Positions 29,107 to 41,709 of a stretch of DNA of 64,000 nucleotides are shown one piece after another. Every line of letters starts with the position of its first letter. The first letter of the stretch is position 1. The position numbers and the translations under genes are program-made. The stretch covers positions 11,472,001 through 11,536,000 of the forward strand of contig NW_024704742.1 in the NCBI RefSeq assembly GCF_018977255.1, read 5' to 3'. Origin of the DNA: Callorhinchus milii. Its lineage: Eukaryota. The notes below the pieces were generated by a model, which saw only the letters and a list, made by a program, of their open reading frames with translations, made no database searches and was not told the DNA's origin.

Positions 29107-29430
29107 TGTGGAGTTCTGTAGCTCAATGGTTAAAGCACTCGCTTTGCAAGCGAGAGACCCGAGTTCAATTCCAGGCAGAGGGCGAAACCTTGGGCAAGTT
29201 TCCTTACTCCACACAGAGCCTAATAATAATCCCTCCAAAAAACCAAAAACAATAATAAATTGGTCATTTTCAATCTACGACTGTTTGTGGGACATTGCTG
29301 TGCGCAATTGGCTGCCGCGTTCGCCCACAAATATACAGTCAATTCACTTTACAGTGTGTTCTGTGAAACGCTTTGGGACATCCTCCCGACGTGAAAAGCG
29401 CTATATCAAATGCAAGGATTATTATTATTA
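29107..29430 (+). mobile_element. tRNA-derived SINE, short (internally deleted) subfamily
   Basis: tRNA-Ala(TGC)-like head (ctcgc-tttgcaa-gcgag arm); body lacks the tacctagc..gggggtaat block; inserted just after an L2 (GTT)n tail. Confidence 0.92.
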
Positions 29431-30142
29431 TGTATACAAGCTACAGAAAGTGTTCCAGTGCAGATCCTTTCGGCCTCTTAAGACCGCCCCTCATTTTGAT
29501 TTCGCTCCCCAAACTACCCTCTACTTCTTCCCTTCCTTCCCTTCAGCCATTTTGACTAAAAGGCCGTGTTGTGTCCTTTAGGTCCATCTACACTGAGAGG
29601 CAGAAGATTCAGTTGTGATAGAGTGAGGGCGAAGGTTTTGATTACAAACACAGTGAGGTCAAAGTTTGCCAAACTCATGACCCGCCAAGCAATTCGCAGT
29701 ATCTATCACTAAGAAATACTGAGTCCACGTGTGGGCAGATAATAGAATTCTATTTGAACATTTCCAATGATATATAATCCTTGCGTATTATATAGTGCCT
29801 TTCGCGGCAGGAAGATGTCTCAACATGCTTCACAGGATTTACTGCAGAGTGTAGACTGTGTTTGTAGGCGAATAACTGGCTAAATGAACAACTTCAAACA
29901 TTTGTATAACAGAATATATACTTTCCATACTTGAGATATTTTTGTTCAGAGTGTAATGAAAGAAGCAGAGATGCTGAAGAATCTGTACATTTTATTTTGA
30001 TTAAAAATTAATATTAAAAATGCAGCATTCATGTTCTGCGTTTTTTGTGGGAATATATTTGAGAATTCTTTTATAAAAAATTGAGGGCTCTGACAAGATC
30101 ACAAGAGAGGGGCAAATGGAGACAGTCATTTGACGTATAATC

Positions 30143-30450
30143 GGGCAGGGCGAAACGTTTGGCAAGTTTCCTTGCTCCACACGCCGCTGTTTACCTAGCA
30201 GTAAATAGGGTTGTTAGTCGATTGGCAGATTGCTTATAATTCCTTCAAATTGTTTTGAAAAAATCATAGTAAGTTGGCCACTCAATCCACGACTGTTTGT
30301 GGGACACTGCTGTGCGCAATTGGCTGCTGCATTTCACCCACAAAATATAGTCATTTCACTTTATAGTATATTCTGTGAAGTGCTTTGAGACGTCTCAAAG
30401 ACATGATAAAGCGTTGTATCAAATGCAATAATTATTATTGTTACTATTAT
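30143..30450 (+). mobile_element. SINE, long subfamily, 5'-truncated
   Basis: Starts at ggcagggcgaaac, with body and tail. Confidence 0.87.
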
Positions 30451-31274
30451 AATGACCTCAGATTTCTCGACTATCAACTCCCACCTTCTTCTCAAAAGGG
30501 TCAAGTTCTTTCTTTCCCCATTGCAATCTCCCCTTCCTGGTAATCTATTTTATCTATTGATTATCCTCTGTGCAAAGAAATACATGTTTGTCTGAATTGC
30601 AATTCACAAACCCTGAACCTTTGTCCTCTTGTTCTGTTGCCTCGGCACATCTGAAAGAAGCTTTCTGAGACATCCTAAATGAAGGGGGCTATATATATGT
30701 AAGTTGTTGTTGTTCTGCGTTTACTCTCAATGATATTTAGCATCTTGTATAACTTGTAAAAATGTCCTCTTTAAGGTATCTTTCCTTTTGAGACTGCTAT
30801 GTATTATCCAGTTGTTCCTCGTAGTTTATCCCTCTTAAACTGCTGTCATGCTGTCCATGAGCTCTTTGATTGTAAAGAATATGTAGCAAGATAATTATTG
30901 TCAAATAAATGATAGCTTCTTGAAAGGCCGTAGACTCCCAGGCACTGATTCTATATCTGTCTGTGTATGTGAATGGTGTGTTTTAGAAGTCTATCTGACT
31001 GACTTTGTCATTAACAATCAATATTCAATATCAAATATCCTGAATTGAATTGAATGAAAATTACCATCTCCAGCCGCCATAATAATAATAATATTATTTA
31101 TGGTGCTGTGACACTGTTCATCAACCTGTTCTGATTGCAATGTCTATAAATAATTGTTCTAGTTTCTCTGCAAGCATTGGTAGAAATAGGGAACTGTTTG
31201 CCTGAACTGGACAGGGAAAAGAGGGAGATTGGGGTATGATTTCACATTTGATGATTTTATTTGGTTAGCTTTCT

Positions 31275-31575
31275 GAGTGGCTCAGTGATTAAAGCACTGT
31301 CAAGCGTGGACCTGATCTTTAGAAATCAGTTTGATGTTTTATATTCAATCCCTGGACTTTGTTGGTTGCTGATCTCAATTGTCAGGCCCTAATGGGCAAT
31401 ACAGTTTGCGTCAGGCTAGGAAATGTAAAGGAAAACGATCAGCCAGTGTGTTTCTGCTCACCATTACTTATCCAGTAACCCTGCTGCCAAGTGTGTGTGC
31501 AGACTTTGTGCGAAGACAGAATCAGGCTGAAAATGTGATGCCCCACAGTTGAATAGGCTGCCAACACTTGTTCTC
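31275..31575 (+). mobile_element. Unclassified ancient SINE-like repeat (related pieces at ~9385-9420, ~17185-17350, ~44505-44680)
   Basis: tRNA-like tggctcagtg and ttcaatccctgg, then ctgatctca, cagccag, ctatccagt..ccctgctg motifs recurring in degenerate form elsewhere. Confidence 0.4.
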
Positions 31576-32289
31576 GATAGTCACATATGATGAATGGTGC
31601 CTGTGCATGAATCAGTGGATTGGGAGACGTGTGGGAGACAGTGTTGTCTCCTGAACAAGTTTCAATGATTGCTTTCACTCTAATAAGCTTTTTAATGAAT
31701 CCTTTCTTGTTTGGAGTGTGGGTTCATTCTTTGCGAGGCGGCTAGGTATCTCTGCCGATTAATGAACCATAATTACATTTGATATACTATCAATATGGTT
31801 GTATGGTTTCACCGTGCTTCACAAAGTTTCTATAAAGTGTAGTGTAGATAAGCCAAATTCCACATAGCAATGTCCCATAAATAGTCATGAAGTGAAAGGT
31901 CAATTTGTCTGGAGTATTGTTGGCTAGGACATTGCGAGAAACTCCTTCTTTTTGATACTGGCATGGGATCTTTAACTTCCACCTCATTTTAATGTTTCAT
32001 CCAATAGATTGACAGTCAAGTCACTCCATGAATGTCAGTCTAGACTGAGCTATAATGAGTAGTGATCCTCTGTTCTAATTGTGGCTGCCATTTGCTTTCA
32101 AAGCCTTGACCAGTGTTTTCTCAAAACGCATTTAAAAAATAGTTATAAATGCAAAAACAGAACTTGTAAATGTTTTAAAGCCAAAGTTATTTTTAGAGGT
32201 GCAAAAATATTGAACGTATATCAGTGTATACTAAACTCCATACCCCCATCACACCAGATCTAACCAGGCTCTACTAGATCCCTATCGCC

Positions 32290-32681
32290 GAATAGATCAA
32301 TTTCAAGATCCTCACATTAGTTTTCAATTCCCTTCATGCTCTGGCATCTCCCTATCTCTCCGACCTGCTTACCCCCCAACCCACTACCCACTGCCTCTGT
32401 TTGACTCGCTCGGGCCTTCTGCATGTACCTCATGCTCTCCCTTCCACCATTGATAGCCACTCTTTCTTTCAGCCACTGCATCCCGAAACTCTGGAACACT
32501 CTTCCTCTATCTCTCCACTTTGCCACTTCCTTCCTCATCCTCAGGTGGTGCCTGAAGACCTTCCTAGTTGACAATGCCTAAGGTCACCTCCCCCAGCTCA
32601 GTGTTGTACTCAACCATTGTCAAGCGCTCTGCGATGCTACCCTGCGTGATGGCAGCTACATAAATACAAGCTGTTGTTGTT
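32290..32681 (+). mobile_element. L2 3' fragment
   Basis: atcaatttcaagatcctc ... aaactctggaac ... aaatacaagctgttgttg. Confidence 0.75.
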
Positions 32682-33505
32682 TGAAACAATTTATGAAGCT
32701 AGTCTTTCTGAACGATGATGAACCCACATTTCTTGGGAATAAGAGTATCTCAAATTATCAAAAGGATCACAATTTTTTTTGTCTGCATTGCAAGTCCTTC
32801 TTGGTTAATCCACTGATGTTCAATTCACAGCTGTTATCTTCTTAGCACAATTTCTTTCTTGTTGGTTCAGGTTTACTGCGTGCCCGATGGTTGCATGTGC
32901 AGGAATTTCACGGTTTTAATTGTGGTGTTTGTTTGTGGATTATGGCACCACATTGATTGTTTAGAAACCCACAAAGCTTGTGAGAGAATAAAATTCACAA
33001 ATTGAAGTGATAATCGCGCTCTCTTGAGCATACAAATCACACATTTTCAGCAATGACATCTCTCCCCGCGTAACATTTCAGTGCTGTTTACTAGAGTTGC
33101 AAGCAATGTGTTCTACTATACAAAACTGCAAAGAATTTTTTCGCGTGGAGTCAACCCGGTGTCTGACACTTGCGGAAGAGTATCCAAACCAGACTGAGAG
33201 TTCAATGTATTCCGTCTACATATGGAAATTATTTTACATTGCTGAACTCCCCTGTTTTATTCCGGGAGTTGAATTGTGATACTCACAGTTCCCTGATGAG
33301 GATCAGCCCATTAACTATACGAACCAACAAAAGTTTTTCCATCAACAGCATCCATATCCATTGAATGTGACTTCATCATTGCATAATCCGTTTCAATGCT
33401 GTATAAAATTAATTCGATATTTCCCCTGAGGAAGAGCTCACAATGGGAGCCCAAGCTGCCAGGCAATTACTTATGTGTTCTTTATGAATTGAGTTGCAAT
33501 AGCGC

Positions 33506-34122
33506 ATGACCTTTTTGACCAGTTTGGCTGCATACGCAGTGGATGGCTCAGTCCCCACCCCAAGTCTTATCTACAGCTTCACATTTTCAAAGGAAGATGA
33601 GCTGTATATAGATGGTCATGTGCTGCTGAAAGCGTATTTCTGGGTGGGTCAACCTTGCTCAGTTTGGCAGTGCTCTTTGCTTCCGAGTCAGATGGTTGTG
33701 TATTCAAGCCCCACATCAGGCCTTTGAACATACACAAGCTGACACTCCAGTGCAGTGCTGGGGGGGTGTTGCATTGTTGGAGGTGCCGTCTTTCGGATTA
33801 GACATTCAATTGTCTGCCTGTTCAGGTGGACGTTAAAAACCCCACTGAGCTACTCGAAAAGTAGCTCCTCGCACTGTCACACCATCTCTCCTCGTCTCAC
33901 CTCTGAGGCCCATGGTAGCATATGCGGTGAGGAGCTAGGGGGTGGGAGAGGGGGCAACCATCTTTAATGCTGGCACAGAGCTTTCCCGGTGAGGAGGAGG
34001 AAGGTGAAAGCGACCATCTATATACAGCTCATCTCCCTTTGAAAATGTGAAGCTATAGATAGACTTGGGGTGGGGACTGAGCCACCGACTGCGTATGCAG
34101 CCGAAATGGTCAAAGAGGTCAT
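33506..34122. repeat. Imperfect inverted repeat, arms 33506-33617 and 34012-34122
   Basis: atgacctttttgaccagtttggctgcatacgcagt ... gctgtatatagatggtc is the reverse complement of gaccatctatatacagctc ... actgcgtatgcagccgaaatggtcaaagaggtcat, with scattered mismatches. Confidence 0.93.
33640..33860 (+). mobile_element. Old SacSINE1/DeuSINE-like element, 5' part
   Basis: tRNA-like start, then gcattgttggaggtgccgtctttcggat ... gtctgcctgttcaggtggacgttaaa, resembling the recalled Deu domain. Confidence 0.7.
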
Positions 34123-34354
34123 TTTTTTTTTAATATCACTTCATTAAAATCGTGGTCAGGAAGAAAAGTCATGGACAAACATGAAAATCACGGTAACTGA
34201 CTTTTTTTTCCCACCGTGACAAGCCTGCAGCCCTAATCATGATTGATGTTTTGTTTCTGTGCCTCTTTCCAGCCAAGCAAAATACATAAAACCGGCCGTA
34301 AAGCAAACCTTTATTTGTGTTTCAATGACCTTTCAGATTCAAAATGGTTTTCCA

Positions 34355-34681
34355 ATAATAATAATAAAATTAATAATCCTTGCATTTGATATAGCGCTTT
34401 TCGCATCTCAAAGCGCTTCAGAGAATATATTGTGAAGTGATGTAAAGTGTAAACCTTGGGCAAGTTTCCTTACTCCACACGCCTGATTATAATCCCTCAA
34501 GAAATAAAAAAAATAATAAAATTGGTCACTTCACTCCACGACACTGCTGTGCGCAATTGGCTGCCGCGTTTTGCCCACAAATATACAGTCAATTAACTTT
34601 ACAGTAAATTCTGTGAAGCGCTTTGAGACATCTAGAAGACATGAAAATCACTATATCAAATGCAAGGATTATTATTATTAT
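34355..34681. mobile_element. Back-to-back SINE pair: minus-strand tail (34355-34450) fused to a 5'-truncated plus-strand short-subfamily copy (34451-34681)
   Basis: ataatccttgcatttgatatagcgcttttc on the left is the reverse complement of the right-hand tail. Confidence 0.85.
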
Positions 34682-35890
34682 AGATCTAAACAAGCTGATT
34701 GATTTTAGATCATGGAAGCAGAACAAGTAGTATTGGACATCTGAATATTTTCCTCACTGCGTGGTGGGTATGTGTTATAGATTACCAAGAAAAGCAGTTG
34801 ATGCGAATGGTTTAATAATGATAATCCTTGCATTTGATATAGTGCCTTATCACATTGTTGAGATGTCCCAAAGCATCTCAATTGACTATATTTTGTGGAT
34901 GAAATGCTGATTTGATCTATGGTTTGTTAACTCTTATTTTTTTAAAACACTGGATAAATATCTGCTTGAGAAAATTATTGAAAGATTTATGGGGAAACAA
35001 ATTCTGGTGTAGGGTTATGAATGAAGGGGATGGGAAAGCCTGAGGGAGGAATGCCAGGTTGGAATACTGGAGAGCTTTCTGGAAACTTGTGGGATTACCT
35101 GTGCTGAATGTCCTCCCAGTGGGTGGGATACCATTCATGAATGAACAGGTTTTGTGTGAGTCTGTGGAGGGAGTGGGCTGGACGTGTTCAATCAAATTCT
35201 TAAGCTGTTACAGTGAGAAAGAGTGCGGCGAGTTTTGATTTCAACACAATGAGTGCATGATCGTGTCACCGAAAATCGGCTAAGAACAAACTGCACGACT
35301 GGTGCCAAAACATTTTGAAGCATTCACTGTAATAAGTGATAAAGCATTCAGCGTAGTCTCTCCATCACGTCTGGTTAATATTCTTCCATTATCTAGAAGA
35401 GGAACGGTGCAGTGCAGTGGTGTGTTGATGCCATGGTTGCCCTGTCACCGTTCCAGTGCTAAGGATCACTTTCTGCTTTATTGTACAAATTCATGCATGC
35501 TCGTCAATCTTCTGATCTGGGGAACTCATCAGAGAAGTAAACTTCATTAACTCTTAATCATATAAAACACTTGGCCTGCAGGCCAGTGCTCTCTTTGTGT
35601 CGTATTTATACAGTAGGGCTGCTGTATAAATGAGGATCGCTATTGCTCCAGAGACAGACATCGCTGTGGTCTAATGTCAGTCACCTTCTCATCTCCCAAC
35701 AGTAGCAGTACAGGAAGAGGAAGTAAATATCCTCTCCCTGATGAGATGTAACTGACCCATATGAACCTCAAAACCCTCCTGGGGTTGATTGCTATTCTGG
35801 GTGCTTATCTGGGCTGTGTTTGCTGATGTTAAATGATTTTCGTCGTACAGTACATAGCAATTGGGCTCAGTGCCCTTCAGATGATTTGGG

Positions 35891-38075
35891 ATCATAGAAT
35901 CATGGAATCGTACAGCACGAAAAGAGGCCATTCGGCCCATCGAGTCTGTGCCGGCTCTTTGAGAAGAGCAATGTAATGTCAATCCCACTCCCCAGCCCTT
36001 TCCCCATAACTCTGCAAACCCGTCCTCCTCAAATACCCATCCACCGTGCTTTTAAAAGTTGTTATCGAATTGGCCTTGACCACCCTTTCAGGCAATGCGT
36101 TCCAGATTTGAACAACTCGCTGCATGAAAAAATTTCTTCTCACCTCCCCTCTGCTTCTTTCAGAGACTATTTTAAGTCTGTGACCTCACGTCACCGACAC
36201 ACCCACCAGTGGAAACAGTTTTTCCCTTTCTAACCTATCAAATCCCCTCATGATTTTGAAAACTTCTATTAGGTCTCCTCGTAACCTTCTCTGCTCCAAT
36301 GAGAATAATCCTAACCTCTCAAGCCTTTCCTCATAATCAAGATCCCTCATTCCTGGTACCATCCTCGTAAATCTCCTCTGCACCCTTTCCAATGCCTTAA
36401 CAGCCTTCCTATAGTGTGGTGCCCAGAACTGGGCGCAGTGTTCTAACTGAGGCCTAACCAGTGCTTTACATAGGTTAATCATAACCTCCTGACTCTTGTA
36501 CTCTGTGCCCCTAATTATAAAGCCTAGTATCCCATATGCCCTTTTTACAGCTTTATCTACCTGTCCTGCCACCTTCAAGGATTCATTTACCTGCACCCCA
36601 TCTCTCTGTTCGTTTTACCCCTCTTAAGATTGTATTACCAGCCTATGTTGCCTCCCCTCATCCTTTCTACCAAAATGCAAAACCTCGCATCTCTCCACAT
36701 TGAAATTCATCTGCCATGTGTCTGCCCATTTTACCATTCTGTCTATGTTTTCCTGCAGTTGGCTCCTATCCTTCTCACTGTTTACTATCCTACCTAACTG
36801 CTTGCCCGCAAACTTGGAAGTGGTACTTGCTGTACTCAAGTCCAGATCATTTATGTATATTAAGAAGAGCAGTGGTCCTAATACCAATCCCTGGGGGACG
36901 CCACTGTACACTTCCCTCCAGTCAGAAAAGCAGCCGTTCACCACAACTCTCTGCTTTCTGTCTCCCAGCCCGTTCTGGATCCATGCTGCCACTGTCCATT
37001 TTATACCATGGGCTTCTATCTTTCTTACAAGTCTTTCATGTGGCACTTTGTCAAATGCCTTTTGAAAGTCCATAGAAACTACATCAACTGCACTACCTTT
37101 ATCCACCCTTTCGTTACCTCATCGAAAAATTCTATTAGATTTGTTAGACAAGATTTGCCTTTAACAAATCCTTGCTGGCTGTCCCTAATTAACCCATATT
37201 CTTCTAAGTGAAGATTTATTCTGTCCCGGATTATAGTCTCCAGGAGTTTCCCCACTGCTGATGTTAGGCTGACTGGCCTGTAGTTCCCAGGTTTGTCCTT
37301 CTGTCCCTTTTTGTACAGAGGAGTCACATTGGCCACTCTCCAGTCCTCTGGCACCACCCCTGTGTCCAACAAAGATTGAAAAATTTTAGCCAAAGCCTCC
37401 GCTATTTGTACCCGTGCCTCCCATAGTAACCTTGGCTGCATCCAGTCCGGACCGGGCGACTTATCCACCTTCAGCCCAGTACTTCCTCTCTGTTTATACT
37501 TATCCTATCCATTTCCTCTACCCTCTCCCCCGATACTGCGGCATTTGGTGCATCCACTCCTTTTGTGAAGACAGATGCAAAGTACTCATTCAGTACATCA
37601 TCCATGCCCTCTGCCTCCACAATAAGATTTCCCCCTTGGTCCTTAATTGGCCCCACCTTACCTTTGACTAGCCTTTTTTTCTTGATATGTTTGTAAAATA
37701 TTTTAGAATTCCCTTTAATGTTACCTGCTAACCTTTTTTCATATAATCTTTTTGGCCTTCTTATTTCCTTTTTCAGTTCTCTTCTGCACTTACTCGATTT
37801 GGTTGTCTTCTGTATCTTGCGTTTGATATTCGTCATACGCCTCCTTTTTCTGCTTCATTCTAGATACAATTGCCTTCATCATCCAGGGAGGTTTGGAAGC
37901 CCTACTTTTCCCTTTTGAGGGAATGTATTTATTCTGTCCCCGAGCTATCTCATCCTTGAAGACTTCCCACTGATCTTTAGTTGTTTTACCTGCCAATCTT
38001 TCTTTCCAGTCCACCTTGGCTAGGACTCTTTTTAACTCACTGAAAGTTGCCCTCTCCAGTTGAATATCTTCACTA
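35891..38075 (-). mobile_element. CR1-clade LINE, 5'-truncated, disrupted ORF2
   Basis: KSPGPD, PEDWRVANVTPLYKKG, NYRPVSLTS, DFQKAFDKVPH, GVPQG, LVRPQLE, RRLRGDLIEVFKI motifs; (ATTCTATG)-type CR1 tail at 35891-35910. Confidence 0.95.
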
Positions 38076-38079
38076 CATG

Positions 38080-38610
38080 CTTTGGTCTGTATCTTCATTA
38101 CAATCAGGCTCGACTATGCTAACTCCCTGCTTGTCGACCTTCCCAACTCTTCTGTCCATGAGCTGCAGATCATCCAGAAATCTGCAGCTCATGTATTCTC
38201 CTTCACCAGGCTCCGTGACCCCATCACACCCATCCTCGCCCAGCTCTACTTGCTCCCCATCCCTCAGAGAATCAAGTTAAAAATTCTCATCTTCACCTTC
38301 AAGGCCCTCCATGGCCTTGCCCCCTCCTACCTCCCCAACCTGTTGACTGCTTATCAACCTGTCCATTCCCTTCACTCAGTAGGCTCCGGCCTGCTCCATG
38401 TCCCTCGCCCGGCCTGGCCCGCCCCACCATCGGTGGTCGGGCCTTCAGCCTCTCTGCCCCACCCTCTGGAACTCCATCCCACATTCCCTTTGCCTCTCTC
38501 CCTCCCTTTTCTGCTTCAAAGCACTCTTCAAGACCCTGTTGACTGTTCAGTGCTTTGGGACATCCCCCCGACGTGAAAGGCGCTTTACAAATACAATTTT
38601 GTGTTGTCTT
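38080..38610 (+). mobile_element. L2 3' fragment, head-to-head with CR1
   Basis: RLDYANSLL..RLRDPITPILAQL..FKALHGLAPSYL in ORF 38082-38576. Confidence 0.88.
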
Positions 38611-39657
38611 GTATCTTGTAAATACTGCACCTGCTAATTAATGAAAGTAGAGCCATTTTAAAAAAGCGGGTATTATTTTGCAGGTAAAATTAATTCTACA
38701 CATACATGAAACATATCTGCAGAGGAGGTCTAAAGAATGTAAACATTGAAAGATTTCCAGCAAATAACCATGTTTTGTTGGTGCTGATACAGTTTGCTTC
38801 TGTCTGGGGTGTTTGCGCATTGTGTGAGAGGGACTCTCTGCTTGATTTCAACACAACAACTTGCATTTATAAAGCACCCCAGTGTGCTTTCAATCATTTC
38901 TTTTCCTACCCCTTTCATTCTCACATTTCCGAGATACGTCTTCCAAGGTTCAGTGCATAGAACGAACCAATTTTCTGGAATTGAGTAAGCAGGATGTTTC
39001 TTTCCAGGGAGAGAGTGTGCATACCATTCCAACAATCCATCTCTGGGATTCCCAGGTGTAAATGGGATGCATGGAAATCTCAGTTTGGTTTGTATACTCT
39101 TAAGCATGGCGATGGGTTTCCACATGCATCAGACCAACAAATTTTTTTTTAAAGATTTATATGAGCTGGGATCACAGATAAGTGAAGTGAGAGGCTTATA
39201 TGGTCATGCATTGACTCCCGCAACCATTTGATAATTAAATTAAGGTATTAATTCGACAAACGGGTGATGGAATTCAAATGAATGTCAGTAACTGTGACAT
39301 AATGCTTTATGTAATTTTAGTGCTGCCTTGGGAGCTCACAGTACTCATTGTTAAACCTCAGACAGTTTCTGGTAGAAAAGCTTCCTATCTTTACCCTTCT
39401 TGCTGACTCAAATGTTTGGTCTATTGCTCTTTACCAAACACAATGCCTCATTTCAAAAGGAAAGCAAAGCACTCTGTGTAATGGTTCTGGAGGGAAGGGG
39501 CAGGCTCACAATTACAGTTTGGCAAAGTGAAGTTACAATTAACATAATGACGGTGCCTAGTTAGAATTTCATCAGGAATGTCACTCCTTTTGTTTCGAGT
39601 GCTGGATTGTAGGGACTGAAGGAGCAAGCTACAATGAATTACTGTACATGTCAAGAT

Positions 39658-41002
39658 ACAACAACAACAACAACAAGATTCCATTTATTGAGCGCCTTTC
39701 ATGTCGGGAGGACGTCCCAAGGCACTGTTCAGTTGGGTCAGGACCCGAGCAGGGGGGAAATGGTCAGGGTGAGGGGAGGGAAGGGAGGGAGCGAGGTGGG
39801 GGTAGAGAGTCGAGAGGGGAGCTGAAGGCACCGTCAAAGAGAAAGGTCTTGAGACCGGCCTTGAAGGAGGAAAGGGAGGAGGCGGCGAAGGCACTGGGGG
39901 ATAGAGTTCCAGAGCCTAGGGGCTGAGAGGCTGAAGGCCCGGCCACCGATAGTAGGGCGGTTGGGGCGGAGGATGTGGAGCAGACCGGAGCCAGAGGAAC
40001 CGAGGGTACGGGCGGGTAGGTAGGGGGATAGTAGGTCGGAGAGGTAGGAGGGAGCAAGGGCGTGAATGGCCTTGTAGGTGAGGGTGAGGATCTTGAATTT
40101 GATCCTCTGGGGGATGGGGAGCCAGTGGAGGCGAGCGAGGGTGGGAGTGATGTGGTCGCGGTGTCTGGTGCGGGACAGTACACGAGCTGCAGAGTTCTGA
40201 ATGACCTGCAGCTTGTGGAGGGAGGTGGCGGGAAGGCCGGCGAGGAGAGAGTTCCCATAGTCCAGCCTTGAGGTGATGAAGGCGTGGACCAGAGTTTCAG
40301 CAGCGTGAGGGGTGAGGTAGTGCCGTAGTCTGGCGACATTCCGGAGGTGATGGAAGGCGGTTCCAGTTGTGGCGCGGATATGGGGGAGAAAGGACAGCTC
40401 AGGGTCGAACAAAACGCCGAGGTTCCTGATGGCTTTGAGAGGTGGAGAGTGCAGCCTTGGATACTGATGCTGTCAGCGCCTGAGGTGCGGAGGCGCTGAC
40501 GTGAGCCAATCAGGAGGGCCTCAGTTTTGCGTACGTTGAGCTGGAGAAAGTTGTCTCTTGTCCAGGACTCGATGTCGGACAGGCAGCTGTCAGGACATCG
40601 GTGGTCGTGGAGTTGAGGGTCGAGGAGGAAAGGTAGAGTTGGGTGTCATCCGCATACATGTGGAAGTTAACCCCATGTCTGCGGATGATGTCACCAAGGG
40701 GGAGCATATAGAGGGTGAAGAGGAGGGGACCGAGGACAGAGCCTTGAGGGACACCGCACGAGACAGTGCGGGGGCCGGAGGAAATACCATTTGAGGAGAC
40801 AAAGTGAAGACGGTGGGAGAGGTACGACCTAAACCACTCAATGATCGGGCCTTGAAGGTTTAGGTGGGAGGACAAGCGGTGGAGGAGGATAGCATGGTCA
40901 ACCGTATCGAATGCTGCCGATAGGTCGAGGAGGACGAGGAGGCAGAGGGAGCCCTGGTCACAGATGGTCAGGATGTCATTGGTGGTCAGGATGTCATTGG
41001 TG
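39658..41002 (-). mobile_element. L2 LINE, 5'-truncated ~1.35 kb (copy B, same family as A)
   Basis: RT motifs [10 protein letters not shown] and YADD; HITPTLARLHWLPIPQRIKFK; same 3' UTR and (GTT)n tail as copy A. Confidence 0.95.
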
Positions 41003-41709
41003 AGCCATGCACAAAATTAATGAGGGCATTGGATTTACCATTGGTTTTAGCATATCACCATCTATTGTCGAATAGAGTTAATATGATATTGTGTCATTAA
41101 AGAGGCATTCTTGTCATTAGGACCAATTTCTTTTTTAAAAAGATGAATGGGGTATAAGGAATATGTTTAACATAATTTGACTTGGATTTTTTTTCTGGAC
41201 CCATGTCCAGATTTGGATATGGGTCCATTTATTTGGACCCCTGAATACTGACAACAAGGGAGGGATCATGGCTACAAAAGGTGACCGTGAACAAATGCTT
41301 CAGGAAAATTAATTATGGAAGCTGTAGTTACCAACCCAAGGGGTTTGAGAAGAAGTCAAATGGTCACAGAAGAGGGGGAAGGTGAGCTGTTTGGTCTATA
41401 TTATTGAAATCAATATTGAGGCATTTAGAAGCTTGTTCAGCTCTCTCGCTCTGTAAGCACAGTAATCTCGACCATTTTATCCGCCCATACAATATGATAC
41501 AAATTACATTTGTATAGCGCCTTTCACGTCGGGAGTTGTTTATTCACAATTAAAACAAAGCTGGAGTATTTTTAAAAGGGGAGAAACAACTCTGGGAGTG
41601 TGGGTGGGAGTGTGATTTGCTTCAAAATTAGGTTACGTTTATTGTGAAAGGACATTGTTACACAAGTATAATAGGCTGACAATCTAATGCAATGTTAGCA
41701 GCCCTGCAT

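Noticed and set aside
28928..29581. 217-aa ORF and recurring short peptides such as [11 protein letters not shown] that look like a gene family
   Set aside because: These are translations of SINE and L2 tail sequence.
33290..33330. Hammerhead ribozyme core at CTGATGAG (also near 35739 and 50866)
   Set aside because: No stem II followed by GAAA and no supporting helices.
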